DNA of 62,655 nucleotides, filler included, from Pirum gemmata (Eukaryota): NCBI GenBank assembly GCA_002812295.1. It is 13 parts of 13 records of this genome, joined end to end, with 100 filler letters (N's around TTAATTAATTAA, not from the genome) between each part and the next. Parts side by side here need not be neighbours in the genome. Positions count along the whole stretch, not along the records: positions 9,305 to 13,563 come from PDIN01001307.1; positions 13,664 to 17,976 come from PDIN01001308.1; positions 18,077 to 22,324 come from PDIN01001309.1; positions 22,425 to 26,715 come from PDIN01001310.1; 9 more parts are not named here. One strand, 5' to 3'. Shown piece by piece: positions 11,985 to 22,576 of this stretch (position 1 is its first letter; each line of letters starts with the position of its first letter). The notes under the pieces were generated by a model. It saw only the letters and a program-made list of their open reading frames with translations, ran no database searches and was not told where the DNA came from. The position numbers and the translations under genes were made by a program.

Positions 11985-13045
11985 AACCGCTCCAGAAATT
12001 CCAAATCGTGGTGTATTTTGTACTCTGTACTTGTATAAAATAAAATATAATAATAATAATATAAAATAAAATATAATAATAAAATATATTATTAATAATA
12101 TATAATAAATATATAATAAACTATCAAAGTGCACAAAGAGCACACTGGAAGTACACTGGAAGTACAATCAGTAATTGTTACTCGTTTATTATGTAATAAA
12201 CATATATTAATATAATAAACATATAAAACACATAATCAATGTTACTATATTATGCATTGTACTTAAATCATACCTGTACTAACAATAAAATAAAAAAGTA
12301 AAATTACATTCAAATTTCTGAAAATCGCATTCAGAACCGTTCCAGAAAATCCAAATCGTGGTGTGCTCGATAATAAAATACAATAATAAATTTATAATAA
12401 ATATATAATAAACTATCAAAGTACACTGGAAGTAAACCTGGAAGTGCAATCAGTAATTGTTACTCGTTTATTATTATGTATTATTATATTTTATTATCGA
12501 GTACAGAATACAGAGTACACCACAATTTGGATTTTCTGGAACGGTTTTGAATTCGATTTTCAGAAAGTTGAATGTAATTTTACTTTTTTATTTTATTGTT
12601 ATTACACAGGTAAGAATTAAGTACAATGCAAATAGTAACATTTATTATATGTTTTATATGTTTATTATATAATATGTTTATTATATAATAAACGAGTAAC
12701 AATTACTGATTGTACTTCCAGTGTACTTCCAGTGTGCTTTGATAGTTTATTATAATTATATTTATTGTATAGTTTATTATAATATTTATTATTATATTTT
12801 ATTATCGAGTACAGAGTACAGAGTACACCACGATTTGGATTTTCTGGAACGGTTTTGAATGTGATTTTCAGAAAGTTGAATGTAATTTTACTTTATTATT
12901 TTATTGTATCATTTAAGTACAATGCAAATAGTAACATTTATTATGTGTTTTATATGTTTATTATTATATGTTTATTATATAATAAACGAGTAACAATTAC
13001 TGATTGTACTTCCAGTGTACTTCCCGTGTACTCTTTGTGTACTTT
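11985..13045. repeat. Foldback structure: ~340-bp unit repeated in tandem and then in inverted orientation
   Basis: AACCG(C/T)TCCAGAAA.TCCAAATCGTGGTGT...ACACTGGAAGTACAATCAGTAATTGTTACTCG occurs twice on + (11985-12478). Its reverse complement occurs twice at 12479-13045. Confidence 0.88.
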
Positions 13046-13106
13046 CGGTGAAAACTAAAGAGATAACAAAATATAATGTTGATTCTCAAACATCTAACGA
13101 CGAGAT

Positions 13107-13514
13107 TCATATATAAGCTGGTCCACACTGAGAAGAGGGACTTCGTGCATGACCTCGTTCATTAACGTCACTATAACCATCAAAACAAGTTATACTCATC
13201 GTATGTGCTTTATTAAAACAAGTGTTTCTAACACAAATATTAAAAGCGTACGAATCCACATTGTCATCCGTAGGTTTTTGAGGGTGTTTATATTTACAAT
13301 ATGCTCTACATCTCACAGCAGCACGCCCAACTCTGAAGCATTGGCAAACATCTTGATTCTTCCTGATTATAGGATAGTGTGAGTTTCTGCATCTTAGATG
13401 TTTACACTTTTCGTCTTGCTCCACACGTAGCCATCTTTTTGCTTCAGTTGTTTGTAGTGTAACCAATTGAATGAAAAGAGTAAATAATACTAATGATAAT
13501 GTTGAAATTTTCAT
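13107..13514 (-). CDS. Small secreted cationic cysteine-rich protein (135 aa, 10 Cys), function unknown
   Basis: Clean intronless ORF, GC-richer than its flanks, with a signal peptide (MKISTLSLVLFTLFIQLVTLQTTEA) and an A-rich start context. Confidence 0.85.
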   Translation of the reverse strand: MKISTLSLVLFTLFIQLVTLQTTEAKRWLRVEQDEKCKHLRCRNSHYPIIRKNQDVCQCFRVGRAAVRCRAYCKYKHPQKPTDDNVDSYAFNICVRNTCFNKAHTMSITCFDGYSDVNERGHARSPSSQCGPAYI

Positions 13515-13888
13515 ATTTATTTTTTTAGTGTTTGTTTTTTTTTTTTTTTTTTTTTTTTTTTTTNNNNNNNNNNNNNNNNNNNNNNNNNNNNNNNNNNNNN
13601 NNNNNNNTTAATTAATTAANNNNNNNNNNNNNNNNNNNNNNNNNNNNNNNNNNNNNNNNNNNNAATAAAAAAAAATAACAAAATTTTTTGGAAGCGAAAA
13701 AAAAAAAAGAATAAAGTAATACTAAATAATACTAACAATAATAAAATAAAAAAGAAAACATATTTGTATATGTTGTTTTTGTTTCTATTTTATTTGTTAG
13801 TAATAATTTGATATTAACAACAACATTATAATTAATAACTTAATATTAACAACAACATCAAATAATTTTAACAATAACAAAAATAAAC

Positions 13889-15586
13889 ATGACTTCAGAA
13901 AAAAACCAAAACCCTCCAGCCGTAAAGGCAACAGAGGGTAAAAGAACAATAGTAAGAAAAACATATAAATATATTATAGCTGATGAAAATCTACCCACAT
14001 TTATAGAACAATTAAAACCAATTCTACCCATTTCACCGTTTAAAACTGGTACAGGGGCTTTTAAAGATGGAGTAGATAGAGTAGAAAACAGTAGTATTTA
14101 TTTTGATTCCGACAACATGTTTTGTTATGAACAAAGAACTTTAAAAGCTGATCGAGCTGATTTATTTCGAACTCGTTATTATGGTACCGAACCTAGTAGA
14201 GATTCCCATTTTCTCGAACGTAAAAGACATCGAAACACACCGAACAGTGGTAAGGAAAGTAATAAAAAACGAGCGTTGATGGCTAGTATAGAAGCTGATA
14301 AAGATTTTAAAACCTTGAGTAAATTTCAAGCTCATATGCAATTACTAGATTTGAAACCAAAAGTAAAAACTGAATATTTTCGTACTTCGTTTATGTCTAA
14401 AGAAATGAAAAATGTGCGAATAACGTTGGATGAACAAATTAAAGTGAGCGATCCTAATATCAAAGGTAAAGCTGCAATGTATGAATTTCCATTTGCAGTA
14501 ATTGAAGTGAAAATTAGTTTTGATTCTGCTAATAATAATGATGAAGATAAAAGGATACCAGAATGGTTAACAATGATGTTTTTAGAAAATAATGCGCAAA
14601 AGTTAAAATTTAGTAAATTTAACTCCGGTGCTTTTATTTTATACCCAGAGTTATGTGGTGTTGATGGTTTGGTTCCTATTTATCAATCAAAATTAGAATG
14701 TTGGATGGAGGAAAATGGTTTAGAAATACAACAGTTTACAGTTAATACAATGGCCCCAAGAGGAGCAGAATTAAAGAGAATGGAATATGCTGAAACTAAT
14801 AATAACAGAAATTCAGAATTACAAATTCACAACGAACAATATGCTGATATTAGTAAAAAGAAAAAAGAATTAAATGTGCATTTAGAATCAAACGATGGGG
14901 CTCCTTTTGATACTTGTTTAGAAATTGGTACAAAATCTGAGAGTTCATCTACTTCAACAAGCTTGGATTCTGTTTGTGCTTATAACTTACCTTCCTCTAC
15001 ATCTGTTGCTAGTTTTAATGACTTAAATCACCCACTTGACAAACGTGAACTGACCACAAGATTAAGGAAAAAGGATGTCGAATGCAAATCTGTTCAACGT
15101 AAAATTGTATTAAAAAATATAGCCAAAAAGGATAAAAAATTAAAAGTTAGTAATTGGAATATATTTGCAAATGCGTTAGGAAATCGTAAAGAATATGATG
15201 TTAAATCTTTAATGGCTGCAGAAAGAACGTTTACAAATTACTTACAACTAGCCATGGGGATTTCGTTTTTTGCTTTATGTTGCTTACAGATTCCTGATTT
15301 AAAAATTGATTTGAGGTACATTGTTACTGCTACTGTGTTGTGGTGTTATTGTATGGCAATCTACGCATTTATCATTTATCATTTTCGTCGAAATCATTTA
15401 ATAGGAATCTTAGAAAAATATAATATACTCGTACCTTTGTACTTTAATGAATGGATGGGTACTGCGATTATTACTTTAGCTTATTTTATTATTAGTGCCG
15501 TGTTTTTAATATTTTCATGGGTTGGTGGGGATTTGGCTTTACATGGTTATATTCCAGGGGTTTCTGCTCGAGTTGCTTTGGGCTAA
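13889..15586 (+). CDS. VTC4: Vtc4-like polyphosphate polymerase (VTC domain plus C-terminal DUF202-like 3-TM segment), no SPX domain
   Basis: Motifs RKTYKY, SSIYFD, RTRYYG, FLERKRH, YFRTSF..VRITLD, FPFAVIEVK, KFSKF and AAERTF, followed by three hydrophobic helices. Intronless, 565 aa. Confidence 0.9.
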   Translation: MTSEKNQNPPAVKATEGKRTIVRKTYKYIIADENLPTFIEQLKPILPISPFKTGTGAFKDGVDRVENSSIYFDSDNMFCYEQRTLKADRADLFRTRYYGTEPSRDSHFLERKRHRNTPNSGKESNKKRALMASIEADKDFKTLSKFQAHMQLLDLKPKVKTEYFRTSFMSKEMKNVRITLDEQIKVSDPNIKGKAAMYEFPFAVIEVKISFDSANNNDEDKRIPEWLTMMFLENNAQKLKFSKFNSGAFILYPELCGVDGLVPIYQSKLECWMEENGLEIQQFTVNTMAPRGAELKRMEYAETNNNRNSELQIHNEQYADISKKKKELNVHLESNDGAPFDTCLEIGTKSESSSTSTSLDSVCAYNLPSSTSVASFNDLNHPLDKRELTTRLRKKDVECKSVQRKIVLKNIAKKDKKLKVSNWNIFANALGNRKEYDVKSLMAAERTFTNYLQLAMGISFFALCCLQIPDLKIDLRYIVTATVLWCYCMAIYAFIIYHFRRNHLIGILEKYNILVPLYFNEWMGTAIITLAYFIISAVFLIFSWVGGDLALHGYIPGVSARVALG

Positions 15587-15899
15587 ATAAAATTAAACTT
15601 ATAAATAATAATTAATAATAATAAATAATAATAATAATTAATAATAATAATAATAATACCAATAATAACAATAACAAAATAATAATAATAAAACTAAATT
15701 AGCTAATAATACTCAATAAATAGTTTTTATAGAAATAATTTTTTTTTTTGAGGACTGGAGGATTCTCAGATTCCAACTTCCAAGTTCCAACAGTGTTCCA
15801 ACATCCCCATGCCCGCAATTTTGAATAATGCGCAAAAAAGTTAATGGTTTTTGCGTTAGTGCGCAAACCCCAAATCTCCATTAAAAAATACGGCGTAAA

Positions 15900-17530
15900 A
15901 AAAAAAAGACAATCAAAGCAAAATTTACCTCGTCTTCAGAAACTTTTGAAAACGGAGCTAATGTGAATGGCGAAGGTGATGAGAATAGCAATAACATTAG
16001 TAAAAGCTGTGCAATTATGTATTGAAGAGCAAAATTTATTAATACATCGTCATTGGAAACTTTTAAAAAACGGAGCTAATCCTAATGTGAATGGCGAAGG
16101 TGATGAGAAATTGAGAATAGCAATAACAATAACATTGAAAGTTCTCTCCATCTTGCCGTGAAATTAGAAAACGTAGCTATTAGTAGCCTATTACCAGGTC
16201 ATTGATTAAATATGGTAATTTACCTCGTCTTCTTCGGAAAATTTTAAAAAACGGAGCTAATCCTAATGTGAATGGCGAAGGTGATGAGAATAGCAATAAC
16301 ATTGAAAGTTCTCTCCATCTAGTCGTGAAATTAGAAAACGTAGCTATTAGCAGGTCATTGATTAAATTTGGTATTGATTTTTGTACTTATGATAATGATG
16401 GTAATACGCGTTTGCACGTAGCTATTGTTTTAGAAAATATAACGTTAGGAAACGCTTTGATTGAAAATATTGCCTTTCTTAATCTAGTCAATCAAGAGGG
16501 GTTTAGTCCTTTGGCTTTTGCAGAAAATATAAATAAACTTTCAAAAGTACAACAATAGTTGATGCGTTACAAAATCTAGGGGTTAAATCAATAAAACCAG
16601 AAGCTGGTTTTCTATGCACCTTTTCTATAGCTATATGTACATGTAATTTAATGAAAAAGGCATTAGGCGAATGCAGATGTACTTCATTGGAAAAGGAAAA
16701 AGCATTGGAAAAATGTGTAATATCAGGCCATACTCGTTGTCTAAAAATTATTTTGTGTAACTCCGAAATAAATGTTAACAAAAAAATTACAAACGATAAT
16801 GTTACCCTGTTGTCTTATGCATGTAAGAATGGAAACGTAGATAGAACTTATTTTAGCAAATGCGGATGTAATTTTGGACCTGTTCATTCAGCAGCTACAG
16901 CAGGCCATGTTAGTTGTTTAAAAGAATTGATCAAAGCTAAAGCCGATATAAATAAAGTATATGGACTGTGTAAATGGACACCATTGGCCATGTTCATTGT
17001 TTAAATGGATCAATTAATGCTAAAGCAGATATCAATAAATGTATGGTAAATGCATATGGTGCCACGCCCTTTTATTTTTCAGCTCAAGAAGGTAAAGTAG
17101 ATTGTTTAAAAAAAATAATTTCCGTAGGGGTAGACATAAATAAAGGTAATCGTGATGGAGTTACGTATATACGATATAATACCATTATTTATGGCAGGTA
17201 AAAACGGACATGTGTTGTGTTAAATGAATTAATTAAAGCTATCTCAATTCAAAACGGGTATTTGTTAAGCCTCAAAGAATTAATTAAAGCTAAGTCGAAT
17301 TTAGATAGGGTTAATGTTAGTTTTAAAGGTAAAACCACTTTTATTCAAGCTGTATTAAACTTAAAAACAGCGGTGGCTGGTGTATGTGATACTCATCACC
17401 CTTCCATAAAAGATATTGAGACGTATAAGTAGAGGAATATTTAATGAATAATGAAACAAGTAATTCTAATGATGTACGCGTGGAAGTAAATAATATTGTT
17501 CTGCGAAATGTTAGAAAAAAGAGGAGGGTT
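15900..17530 (+). pseudogene. Frameshifted intronless ankyrin-repeat gene
   Basis: Ankyrin fragments in several frames (GANPNV, SSLHLVV, DGNTRLHVA, GFSPLAFA, GHVSCLKELIKAKADIN, GATPFYFSAQEG). The 5' segment is present three times, and the C-terminus is basic (VRKKRR). Confidence 0.85.
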
Positions 17531-18076
17531 AGGCCTAACCCTAACCCTAACCCTAACCCTAACCCTTACCCTAACCCTTACCCTAACCTTAACCCTAATC
17601 CTAAGTTTACACTGTTATTTAATACAATAAGCAAATGTAATTAATTATTATAAAATTAATATAGTAAATATATAATTGTATAAACTCGTTTCTCTCACGT
17701 TCTCTGAAGGAGATAATTTTTATGTAATAAGTAATAAAATAAAAAAATAATAAAAAAAATAATAAAATAAATAAAAAATTTTTGCAGTTGAAAGCTTTCA
17801 TTATTTCTTTTAATAAATTTCAATTCTTCTTCTTCTGGAAGTACAGGAAAATATAATCGGATCAAACAGCTCGATCCTAATTATTAAATAGTGACAATTT
17901 TGAAATGGTATATTCTTTTTTTTTTCGAGTTTCAAGTTTTTTCTATGAAATTTCAAAGAATTTTTAAGAATTTTTTNNNNNNNNNNNNNNNNNNNNNNNN
18001 NNNNNNNNNNNNNNNNNNNNTTAATTAATTAANNNNNNNNNNNNNNNNNNNNNNNNNNNNNNNNNNNNNNNNNNNN

Positions 18077-18130
18077 AGCGGATCGAACCGCTAACCTTTA
18101 GGTTTTGAGACTAAATTCTCTCTCCCTGAT
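18077..18130 (-). pseudogene. Degenerate tRNA-like fragment, truncated by a contig end
   Basis: The reverse complement has an imperfect anticodon-like arm TTAGT-CTCAAAA-CCTAA, then AGGTT, then a T-arm-like AGCGG-TTCGAT-CCGCT. The acceptor stem is missing. Confidence 0.35.
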
Positions 18131-20495
18131 AATAGTATCATATATATTTTTAAATCATGCATGATTTATAATCATCTGGTTATTCAACCAGGTAGGGTTT
18201 TCACAGTTGGTTTTCAGGGATTTTTTATTTTTGACCATTTTTGACCCCTAGCCAGCTAGAGACTGCTACTAGCTAGCTAGTAGTCTAGCTAGAGTAGCTA
18301 CTAACTCTCTAGCTACTAGCTACTACTAGCTAGCTAGAGTAGTAAGTATTAGACTAATAGACTAAAGACTAGCTACTAGGTAGCTAGTAGTCTAGCTAGA
18401 GTAGTAGACCTAGCTAGCTAGTAGTAGGTAGACTAGAGCTACTAGCTAGTAGCTAGCTAGTAGTAGTAGCTGAGACTGGACCCGCCTCTCTACCACTACC
18501 GGTAATCATTATCAGATAAACTCGATCAGATAGAGAGTAGAGATACAGCCTCTTTCAGGTATCTTAAAGTTATTGGTTGGTGCTCAATAAATTAATAAAT
18601 AAATTAATAAAACTTGCCTAATTAACCAACTGGCAATAAAATTAATTTTATTTGGTAGATTGTATTTCTTTTTCAAAAGACAAAAAAACAACCATATTCA
18701 GCAACCATAGAACCATATATAGCATATTATACTATACCAGTAGCATAATATTATATTATGATATAACCCTATTATAACCTAGCTAGAGATAAAACAAACC
18801 CTCTAGCTAGCTGCAGTAGTAGGTATGATAGCTAGCTAGTTTATTATTAGGTGATCGTAAAAAAAAACCATGAAAAAACCGAAAAATCTTGGGCAAAGCT
18901 GAGCTCCTTTTTTTTTTTTTTATGATATCATAAATTAAAAAAAACCAAGAGCGGGTGGCAAAAAAGCACTACGTATTCGACATATCCTAACCCTAACCCT
19001 AACCCTAACCCTAACCCTAACCCTAACCCAAACCCTAGCCGATACTACTATGATATCAAAAAACACACCTGAGAAAAAAAACAAGTGCTCGTTTACAGTT
19101 CGTTTATGATACAAACTGTTTGTTTACAAACAAAAGTAGTCTAGCTTTTCATCTAACTAAAAAGCACTATAGTTACTTTATATAGTATAGTAGCTGTCGT
19201 AGTAGTCCATTATCGTTAATTAATAACTGCTATCGATAGCTACAGCTATAGCTACCACTCGTAAAGTCGTAACTGGCTAGTCTAGATGTCTTTTTCAGTC
19301 TAGCTAGTAGGCTTTTCAGTTGTTTTGTCATCATAATAAAATATAAAATAAAAAGTACCAAATTAATATTATATAAATCCATTCAATTTAATTTGGTATA
19401 TTTTATTATTCATTTATTCATTTAATGATGTCAATTAAAAAATTATAACCAACCAAATAAACATTCGGGTGACAAAATAAATCGAAAAGCTAGACTAACT
19501 CTAGGTCTACTACTTGCGGGAACTTTTCCGATTTTTACGGTTTTTATTACTATTAATGTTAATATTATTACTTTAATTGGTATCTACTATAATTAGATTT
19601 ACTATTTCTCTAGCTAGCTAGAGGTTTAGCTACTGGACTCTAGCTAGCTAGACTAGTCACTGACTGTACTGCTACTAGCTAGCTAGCTTATTGTCTATTT
19701 CAGTAGATTTCACTGTAAATTTCAGTACAATTGCCCTCTCAATCTTCAATTTGGTACTGTTTATAATATACAAAACATTAAGTAAAAAATACCCAATTAA
19801 TTAAAACATGTCTGATAGTTTAGCCATAATAATAATTTATTTCAGTTTTTGAACTGGATAACACCCAACACTACCTAAACACTCTAGTAGTAGTATCGAT
19901 AACTAGACCAGGTTCGATCAGGGGGGTCTACGTCGACTCTACGACTGAAAAATAGGACACAATGTGCTCAATCCCACTTCAATCACCTTCAAGTTTTAAG
20001 CCGTAACGCCTCTAAATATCATAATTATATCATATTAGAGTTACGGCTACTATTAAAGCAAACCTAAGCAAAACTCCAGGGTTACCACCTCTAAAAGCAA
20101 ACAAACCCCTTTAGTTAGAAGAGAGTCAATCCTGGCTCAATCCCAATCGTGTACATCTATTTTGAGAATCAGCACCATTTTTACCAAAAATACCCAAAAT
20201 TTCTTAAAATAGATATATTAAAATATTTATTACCGGTATCATAGATAAATAAATTTAGTACTAATTTAGTATAAAAAACCACGAAATTTAGTGAAAAATT
20301 ACATGTTTTTTTTGTATCATATTAAAATTCATAATATAAAGATTTGGGCCAGGATTAGCTACTAGCTAGGGATTTGGGGAAAAACTGGACTGCTGCAAAG
20401 GCCCCTCGGCAAAGGCCCAAAGCAAAATGCAAAGTGTCCTAGCTATAGTATCGATAGAAAGTCTAGCTAGAAAGTCTACTTTTTTTATTTTTATA

Positions 20496-20648
20496 AGGAA
20501 GCGTTCAAATAATATGCATACGTCACGTCAAGGGGTAGGTAAGTAGGTGGCATTTGACCGGATATTAACGTCTAGGGGTAGATAGGTAGGGGTATTTGAA
20601 GCTGTATTTGGCCGGAAATTGGCGTTACGTAGTATTTGAACACTCCCT
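20496..20648 (+). mobile_element. MITE family C, PIF/Harbinger-like (~150 bp); 8 copies
   Basis: TIR AGGGAGCGTTCAAATAMTACGT ... ACGTAGTATTTGAACGCTCCCT in a TAA/TTA context, with internal GGTA repeats. Copies at about 6195-6293(-), 7579-7703(-), 8828-8973, 21057-21192, 56248-56371(-), 56951-57095 and 57987-58129. Confidence 0.82.
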
Positions 20649-22221
20649 AACATTTCATAAATAAAAGGTTTTTTTCAGGGAACCTTTCCCTCTTTATTCT
20701 ATGATAGTAGATTGTCGTTTTTTTATCTTAAAATACGATGTGAAAGATCATACATAGATGTGAGTGATCATGTCACGTGAAAGGTGGTAGAAAAAAAAAC
20801 TGAAAAAAAAAAAAAAGAATTTTTTAATGGAAGATATTTCCAAATATGGTCAATAAAATTTTCAGTGCAACAAAAGCAACAATTTTGCCAACAAATACAA
20901 CAAATAACTAACAAATAGTTCAACAAATTGCCAACAATTTCGAAAACTGAGTTAGCTAAGTTTGATTGGAAGAAAATATTTTTACAAGTCCCAAAAAAAG
21001 AAACTTGAACTGGACGTCGTGAACAAAGAATTCTTGAATCACTCTTGAATCCAATTGGGGGACGTTCAAATAATACGTCACGTCAAGGGGTAGGTAGGTA
21101 GGTGGTATTTGACCTGAAACTAACGTCGAGGTGTAGGTATGTAGGGGGTATTTGAAGCTGTGTTTGACCAGAAATTGGCGTTACGTAGTATTTTTTAAAA
21201 ATTTTGTTTGGAGCTTTTTTAGAGTAGGGGTGAGATATCTACTGGAACTTTTTTCGAACAGATGCTTATCGAGCCAACCTTAGTTCCGTGTTCCTTACTA
21301 ATAATAGCAGTTAAATAACTTAAAATAGTAAATCTAATTATAGTAGTTACTAATTAAAGTAATAATATTAACATTAATAGTAATAAAAACCATAAAATCG
21401 GAAAAGTTCCGGCAGCTGTTCGGTAATAATAAAATGACGTCATCTCACCCCTACTTTTTTTTAGCTTGTTTAGCTTTTTTAGCTTTTTTAGCTTTTGTTT
21501 TTTGCTGTTTTTTGACTACCGGTAATGTTTTTTGACTATGATAGACTTTTTGACTATGTTTTTTGACTATTTTTTGACTATGATAGATAGACTTTTTGAC
21601 TATGATAGGAAACCCGAGGTACTATCGATATCGATAGCTCTAGACCCAAGGTAACTAGCCAGCTACTAGCTAACTATCTACTGTATAGTAACTAGTAGAG
21701 ATAAACCAAACAAAAAAGAAATTTCTAAGTACTATTATTCAGCTGGTATCATAATATTCAGACAAAAAACAACCATTCCAATACCTGTGTAATATTATCG
21801 ATATTATTATTCATGCATTATGCGTAACTATACAATAAAAAAATCGTATGTCACACTTTTTTTTTTAAAAAAACTTATGATAATACTTTTGAAAAACAAA
21901 CAAGCAAACGAACGAACAACAAAAAAAAAACCATTACAACTAAATTTTAATTGATAATTATAATTTTAATACATTGATTTATACCACGAAAAACTTTTTT
22001 TGGTTTGAGTTTGAATAAGTACCTACAGCAACAAGTAGTAGTGGTTGTTGTTGCCGTAGTAGTTGTGTTAGTTGTGTTAGTTGTGTTAGTTGTGTTAGTT
22101 GTGTTAGTTGTGGTAGTTGTGGTAGTTGTGGTAGTTGTGGTAGTTGTGGTAGTTGTAGTAGTTTTAGTAGTTGTAGTAGTTGTAGTAGTTGTAATAGTTG
22201 TAGTAGTTGTAGTAGTTGTAA

Positions 22222-22282
<61 letters not shown>

Positions 22283-22471
22283 TGTGGTAGTAGTAGTAGT
22301 AGAAGTAGTAGTAGTAGTAGTAGTNNNNNNNNNNNNNNNNNNNNNNNNNNNNNNNNNNNNNNNNNNNNTTAATTAATTAANNNNNNNNNNNNNNNNNNNN
22401 NNNNNNNNNNNNNNNNNNNNNNNNTAATAATAATAATAATAGTAGTAGTAAAAATAATATAAACGAATTAC

Positions 22472-22576
22472 CTGGCCCTTTGGAAGTGCATCTTTTACAG
22501 CTTCCGAGCTAAAATCATTTGCAAAACCTGGTAAATATTGAAATTCACCCTCCTCTACTAAACCACCTAAATTCAT
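22472..22576 (-). CDS. HGD: Homogentisate 1,2-dioxygenase, exon 1 (rest lost at contig end)
   Basis: FQYLPGFANDFSSEAVKDALPKGQ matches the HGD/HmgA N-terminus (Y..GF.N.F.SEA...ALP.GQN) and is followed by a GTAATT donor. Confidence 0.88.

Noticed and set aside
22005..22376. Homopolymer ORFs (poly-V, poly-L, LT/LR/WL repeats, also at 9253, 30463, 36249, 37001 and 47242)
   Set aside because: Translations of microsatellites or telomeric repeats.
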